64,000 bases of DNA from the NCBI GenBank assembly GCA_964410945.1, contig CAYPJE010000010.1, positions 15,128-79,127 of the forward strand, in the 5' to 3' direction. The stretch comes from an uncultured bacterium (lineage in GTDB: Bacteria; Fidelibacterota; Marinisomatia; Marinisomatales; TCS56). Below the pieces are notes generated by a model. The model was not told the origin of the DNA and ran no database searches. It worked only from the letters and a program-made list of their open reading frames with translations. This document shows positions 60,603 to 64,000 of the stretch, one piece after another. How positions within the stretch are numbered: position 1 is the stretch's first letter; each line of letters starts with the position of its first letter. The position numbers were made by a program, and so were the translations under genes.

Positions 60603-60986
60603 ATACCACTCCCTTATTTAAAATTGATATCGCAAAATGCGATTTCAATTACAATAAATATTTAAAAATCATGTTTGCCATGGTTAACGCTCCCGCGCCA
60701 AGTTACTCTGGTTAGACAGAAAACGGCAAATTAAATCAATTTACTGTCGAAATGTATAATTGTATCGCCGGGCTGGAGTTTATCGAACAGATGGGTTTTA
60801 ATTGATATTATTTTCTACTGTATTCAGGAATTGTATATGCGCAGAGCCAGCGCATTCCAGATAGACGGTGCTGATGGGCTGCTTGGTATAGATGGTTATC
60901 TGGAAGATGGCGTGGTGAATATATCTATGCCAGCCTGGTATTGGCAGAAATCAGGCTGGAGATAAAATTTCAATTTAAATCCGGCT

Positions 60987-61094
60987 TTATTCCCGGTAAC
61001 CCGCTTTCTCTTTTTTTTCTTTCCGTTTTTCTTTCAGCTTCTTGGCTGGTTTTTTCTTTTCACTTTTCTTTTGCTTGTCGCGACCTTTTGCCAT
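60987..61094 (-). CDS. Small Lys-rich basic protein (35 aa)
   Basis: Not in the ORF track. AGGAGG RBS 8 nt before ATG; MAKGRDKQKKSEKKKPAKKLKEKRKEKKEKAGYRE*. Confidence 0.7.
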   Translation of the reverse strand: MAKGRDKQKKSEKKKPAKKLKEKRKEKKEKAGYRE

Positions 61095-61130
61095 ACCGTT
61101 TTCCTCCTGTAAGACAGGTCAAATATAACT

Positions 61131-62339
61131 TTAATTATTATTCTGGTGACTCACCGGCTGCCCCCAGGCCACCTCAAATTCACCAAGTGCGTGGGGATTA
61201 GCCTTTACTTTCGATGATATTATCTTTGCCCGTATAAACTGCAAGGCAGGGATCAATTCAAACTGAGCAGTTATACCGGTCGTTGTTGCTACGACAGTTG
61301 TTGAGTCAGCACCGGCATAAGCCCCGATGAATTGTATTTCATAGTCCACGCCGTTTTCCGGCTGGACCACCACAGATAGAATATTTTTGGAGCAACCTAT
61401 ACTTGAAAGAGTTACTCCCGTCGATGAATAGAACCATCCCTTTTCAAGTGCTTTTATCAATGATCTCGCTGTAAGTGAATCAGTATTCACCATTACCCAG
61501 CCCCGGCCGGGATTCACCTTTCCATGTCCGAATTCATGATAGTTATGGCTGTCGTCAGTGGCCAGTCCATACAGCAGGGGCTGGCCCTTCCGGGCATAGG
61601 CGATGTTAATCGCATCCCACATCTCCTCGGTACTGATATGGAGGGAATCACCATAGTTATTTACACTTGGGTGGCCGTTATAGACCTCAAAGAAGCGCTC
61701 GCCTTTCAGACCGATAAAATCATCAACTGTCAGGGCGTACTTGTAATTCGGATGATTGATATGGGGCAGGATCGGTACCCCGGTGGAATCACGCTGGGCC
61801 AGGACGGCATCGATATTATTTTGCAGTACCTCAGCTACGGATGAACCGCCCCGGGGAATGATAAGGTCCTGAATATTGATGGCATTCAGATGGACCGGTA
61901 TTTTATTAAACCGGGTAGTGATTTCCTCGGCGGGGATCAATAGAAATTCTCCCGCCACCTCGAACAACGGACGGTATTCCTCCAGTGTTTTCAGTCGTAC
62001 CTGCAATCCAGTTGAGTCGATTCTTGAATCAACCCAGTCAGGGCCGTATTCGGCCAGGTAATCCTGGTATGCTTTCCGATGCTTCTCAATATCCGGTATT
62101 GATTTCCATTTTTCGCCCTCCGCCAGGATATTATGGTCGGACAAGGCCACAAAATGATAGCCATGGTTTTTATACCAGTCCATGATCATTTCCGGATAAT
62201 CGTCGCCATCACTCCAGTAGGAATGGGTGTGGAGGTTGCCTTTATACCAGGTTTGAGAAGTGGAGTCAGTATTACATCCCTGGAATGCCAGCAGGATAAG
62301 AACGAATATGTGAATCAGCAACCGCATGTTATTGTTCAT
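61131..62339 (-). CDS. PHP-domain metallohydrolase lipoprotein (CehA/McbA-like)
   Basis: FQGC lipobox; KGNLHTHSYWSDG, SDHN, NHPN, EVYNG, TDDSH. ATG 62339 overlaps the upstream TGA. Confidence 0.85.
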   Translation of the reverse strand: MNNNMRLLIHIFVLILLAFQGCNTDSTSQTWYKGNLHTHSYWSDGDDYPEMIMDWYKNHGYHFVALSDHNILAEGEKWKSIPDIEKHRKAYQDYLAEYGPDWVDSRIDSTGLQVRLKTLEEYRPLFEVAGEFLLIPAEEITTRFNKIPVHLNAINIQDLIIPRGGSSVAEVLQNNIDAVLAQRDSTGVPILPHINHPNYKYALTVDDFIGLKGERFFEVYNGHPSVNNYGDSLHISTEEMWDAINIAYARKGQPLLYGLATDDSHNYHEFGHGKVNPGRGWVMVNTDSLTARSLIKALEKGWFYSSTGVTLSSIGCSKNILSVVVQPENGVDYEIQFIGAYAGADSTTVVATTTGITAQFELIPALQFIRAKIISSKVKANPHALGEFEVAWGQPVSHQNNN

Positions 62340-62863
62340 TCCTTTTTCCTTAAAGAATTCTTCCCGAAACATGAATATTCCTGTCCGAAGGATACATCAA
62401 ACAGGGTCTCAATTTGGTTTTCACCGATCAAATTGATTGTATATCGTGCCCGGCCACCGGGTACAAAATTATCAATTACCTCCGAGATAAATACCAGTGA
62501 GGTTGAATTGGATAAGGAATCATCCAGAATATACTGAATCACATAACCTTCATTGTGGAACTGGCGAAATATGTATTTTTGACGGGATTTCTCATAACTT
62601 ATCATACCCCAGTCCTGGTGAAATTCACCCTCCGGGTGTTTTTCCGATGGCTGGAACCGGGATTGGTTGCGCACCTCAAAATATTTATTGTCCAGTGCTG
62701 GTTGAAAAGACGATTCAATTTGCGATACTCCCCCGGAGAAACCCTGTCCGCTTCCAGACCATTCGCCGATCAGTGGAGAGAATAGATGAAATGAATTATC
62801 CTGGGCATTAATATAAATTGAAGAGAGGAAGAAACACAGCAGGATGAGTTTAGATTTATTCAT
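62336..62863 (-). CDS. Secreted beta-barrel protein (nitrobindin/lipocalin-like)
   Basis: Signal peptide; LIGEWSGSGQG, H.DWGMISY, RQFHNEGY. Confidence 0.65.
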   Translation of the reverse strand: MNKSKLILLCFFLSSIYINAQDNSFHLFSPLIGEWSGSGQGFSGGVSQIESSFQPALDNKYFEVRNQSRFQPSEKHPEGEFHQDWGMISYEKSRQKYIFRQFHNEGYVIQYILDDSLSNSTSLVFISEVIDNFVPGGRARYTINLIGENQIETLFDVSFGQEYSCFGKNSLRKKE

Positions 62864-63066
62864 TGTGATTTAACTCCGGGGTCGGTAGTCTAAGTTAACT
62901 GAAAATCAGGGAAATAAATATTTTTATAATCCAGTTGATTTGGAGCTGCACCATGCCGGGGTGGAAATTCAAAACATTTAATAAAAGATTGATTGTTCTG
63001 CACCAAGCAATAGTAATTTCCTTCCCCACACTGTCACAAAACAATCGTTAATAAATTGAGGTTTTT

Positions 63067-64000
63067 GTGCAACAAAATATAGTAATCAGATTGCTGGCCG
63101 TATGTTTTATCATGGCGGTGCCAATAACAGCTAACCAGTTTTATACGGTCCGGCTGGAATCAGAAATTGACCTTAATTCCCGATCTGTTCAGGAATTGAG
63201 ACTTGACTTCACCAGTGAAAAACCTGGCGACCAGCCTGAGATTGTTGCCGATCAGGCCCTGCTGGATAAATTGACAACTCAGGGCATCAATTATACGATC
63301 GTCCAGTCCCTTTCCCGCCAAAGCATTCCTGATTATCTATCCAACGATGATGTGAATACCTATCTGCAACTATACGATATGTACTATCCTTTTGTGTCGA
63401 TGGTTCAAATCGGCAACAGTACCCAGCTGGGTGTTCCGATCTATGCCTTGAAGATATCTGACAATCCGGATGTGAAGGAAGATGAGACCGTGGTTTGGAT
63501 TGATGGGGTTCACCATGCCCGGGAGCCCATGGGGATGATGAGCTGTCTGAAAATAATCGATTACCTGATTACCGGGTACGGCAATGATGCCCTGGCCACC
63601 GATCTGGTCAACGAGCTGGAAATCTGGATAGTACCAGTCATCAATCCTGAGGGTTATGAATATTTCATTGACAGTACCAGCACTAACCCATGGTGGCGGA
63701 AAAACCTGTTGGATAATAATTCCAATGGTGTTTTTGATTATGATTATGATGGTGTCGACCTGAACCGCAATTATGACTGCAACTGGCAGAATACGGCCAC
63801 CGGTGATTCCAATCCCGGTTCCTGGGTCTATCGCGGGCCAGGACCGTTCTCAGAGACCGAACTCCAGGCCAAACGCGATCTGGTGCTGGATTTACGGCCC
63901 ATATCAGCGATCACTTATCACTCATATGGCCAGATACTGTATTACAGTATCGGCGTCAACGGCCATGCGGTTCCCGAGACTGATATGATCAACACCTTCG
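63067..64000 (+). CDS. M14 zinc carboxypeptidase, truncated by the window edge
   Basis: Not in the ORF track. GTG 63067, signal peptide; in-frame GVHHAREP, VINPEGY, WRKN, GVDLNRNY, YRGPGPFSE.E, YHSYGQ. Confidence 0.92.
   Translation, partial: MQQNIVIRLLAVCFIMAVPITANQFYTVRLESEIDLNSRSVQELRLDFTSEKPGDQPEIVADQALLDKLTTQGINYTIVQSLSRQSIPDYLSNDDVNTYLQLYDMYYPFVSMVQIGNSTQLGVPIYALKISDNPDVKEDETVVWIDGVHHAREPMGMMSCLKIIDYLITGYGNDALATDLVNELEIWIVPVINPEGYEYFIDSTSTNPWWRKNLLDNNSNGVFDYDYDGVDLNRNYDCNWQNTATGDSNPGSWVYRGPGPFSETELQAKRDLVLDLRPISAITYHSYGQILYYSIGVNGHAVPETDMINTF

Noticed and set aside
60660-60980. Short ORF (MRRASAFQ..) and CCAGCCTG/CAGGCTGG hairpin
   Set aside because: No RBS or recognisable family; possibly a remnant, but unsupported
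60941-61201. 86-aa Phe/Ser-rich + strand ORF
   Set aside because: Antisense shadow of the Lys-rich microprotein; no RBS

Overview
Bacterial chromosomal window, probably from an FCB-superphylum organism such as Marinimicrobia. That is an inference from the 'QNFPNPFNP' FlgD-Ig/T9SS-type C-terminus, several CsgG/TolB-N-like proteins and CTTCGACAAGCTCAG repeats. Housekeeping genes (pcm, ligA, mtaB, rpsU, glmM-like, ABC and ABC-F genes) are mixed with two notable loci. (1) 14.9-39.7 kb: an envelope locus. A divergent TPR-SLH lipoprotein gene sits beside a same-strand run of FlgT-like, LPP20/FlgP-like, TlpA and CsgG/FlgO-like genes, a 5645-aa modular surface protein, a FecR protein and a CHASE2 adenylate cyclase. 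(2) 52.3-59.1 kb: a sugar-phosphate-type bacterial microcompartment operon with a SorC/DeoR repressor and tandem operators, an RpiB-DeoC fusion, an acylating aldehyde dehydrogenase and six shell genes. Also present: an AT-rich island with an internally deleted IS256, a DUF4097-like pseudogene remnant, an ORF6N gene with three related palindromes (one inside its CDS), REP-like repeats, an uncalled 35-aa Lys-rich ORF and partial CDSs at both edges. No rRNA, complete tRNA or CRISPR array was seen. All family calls come from motif recognition by eye, not from searches.
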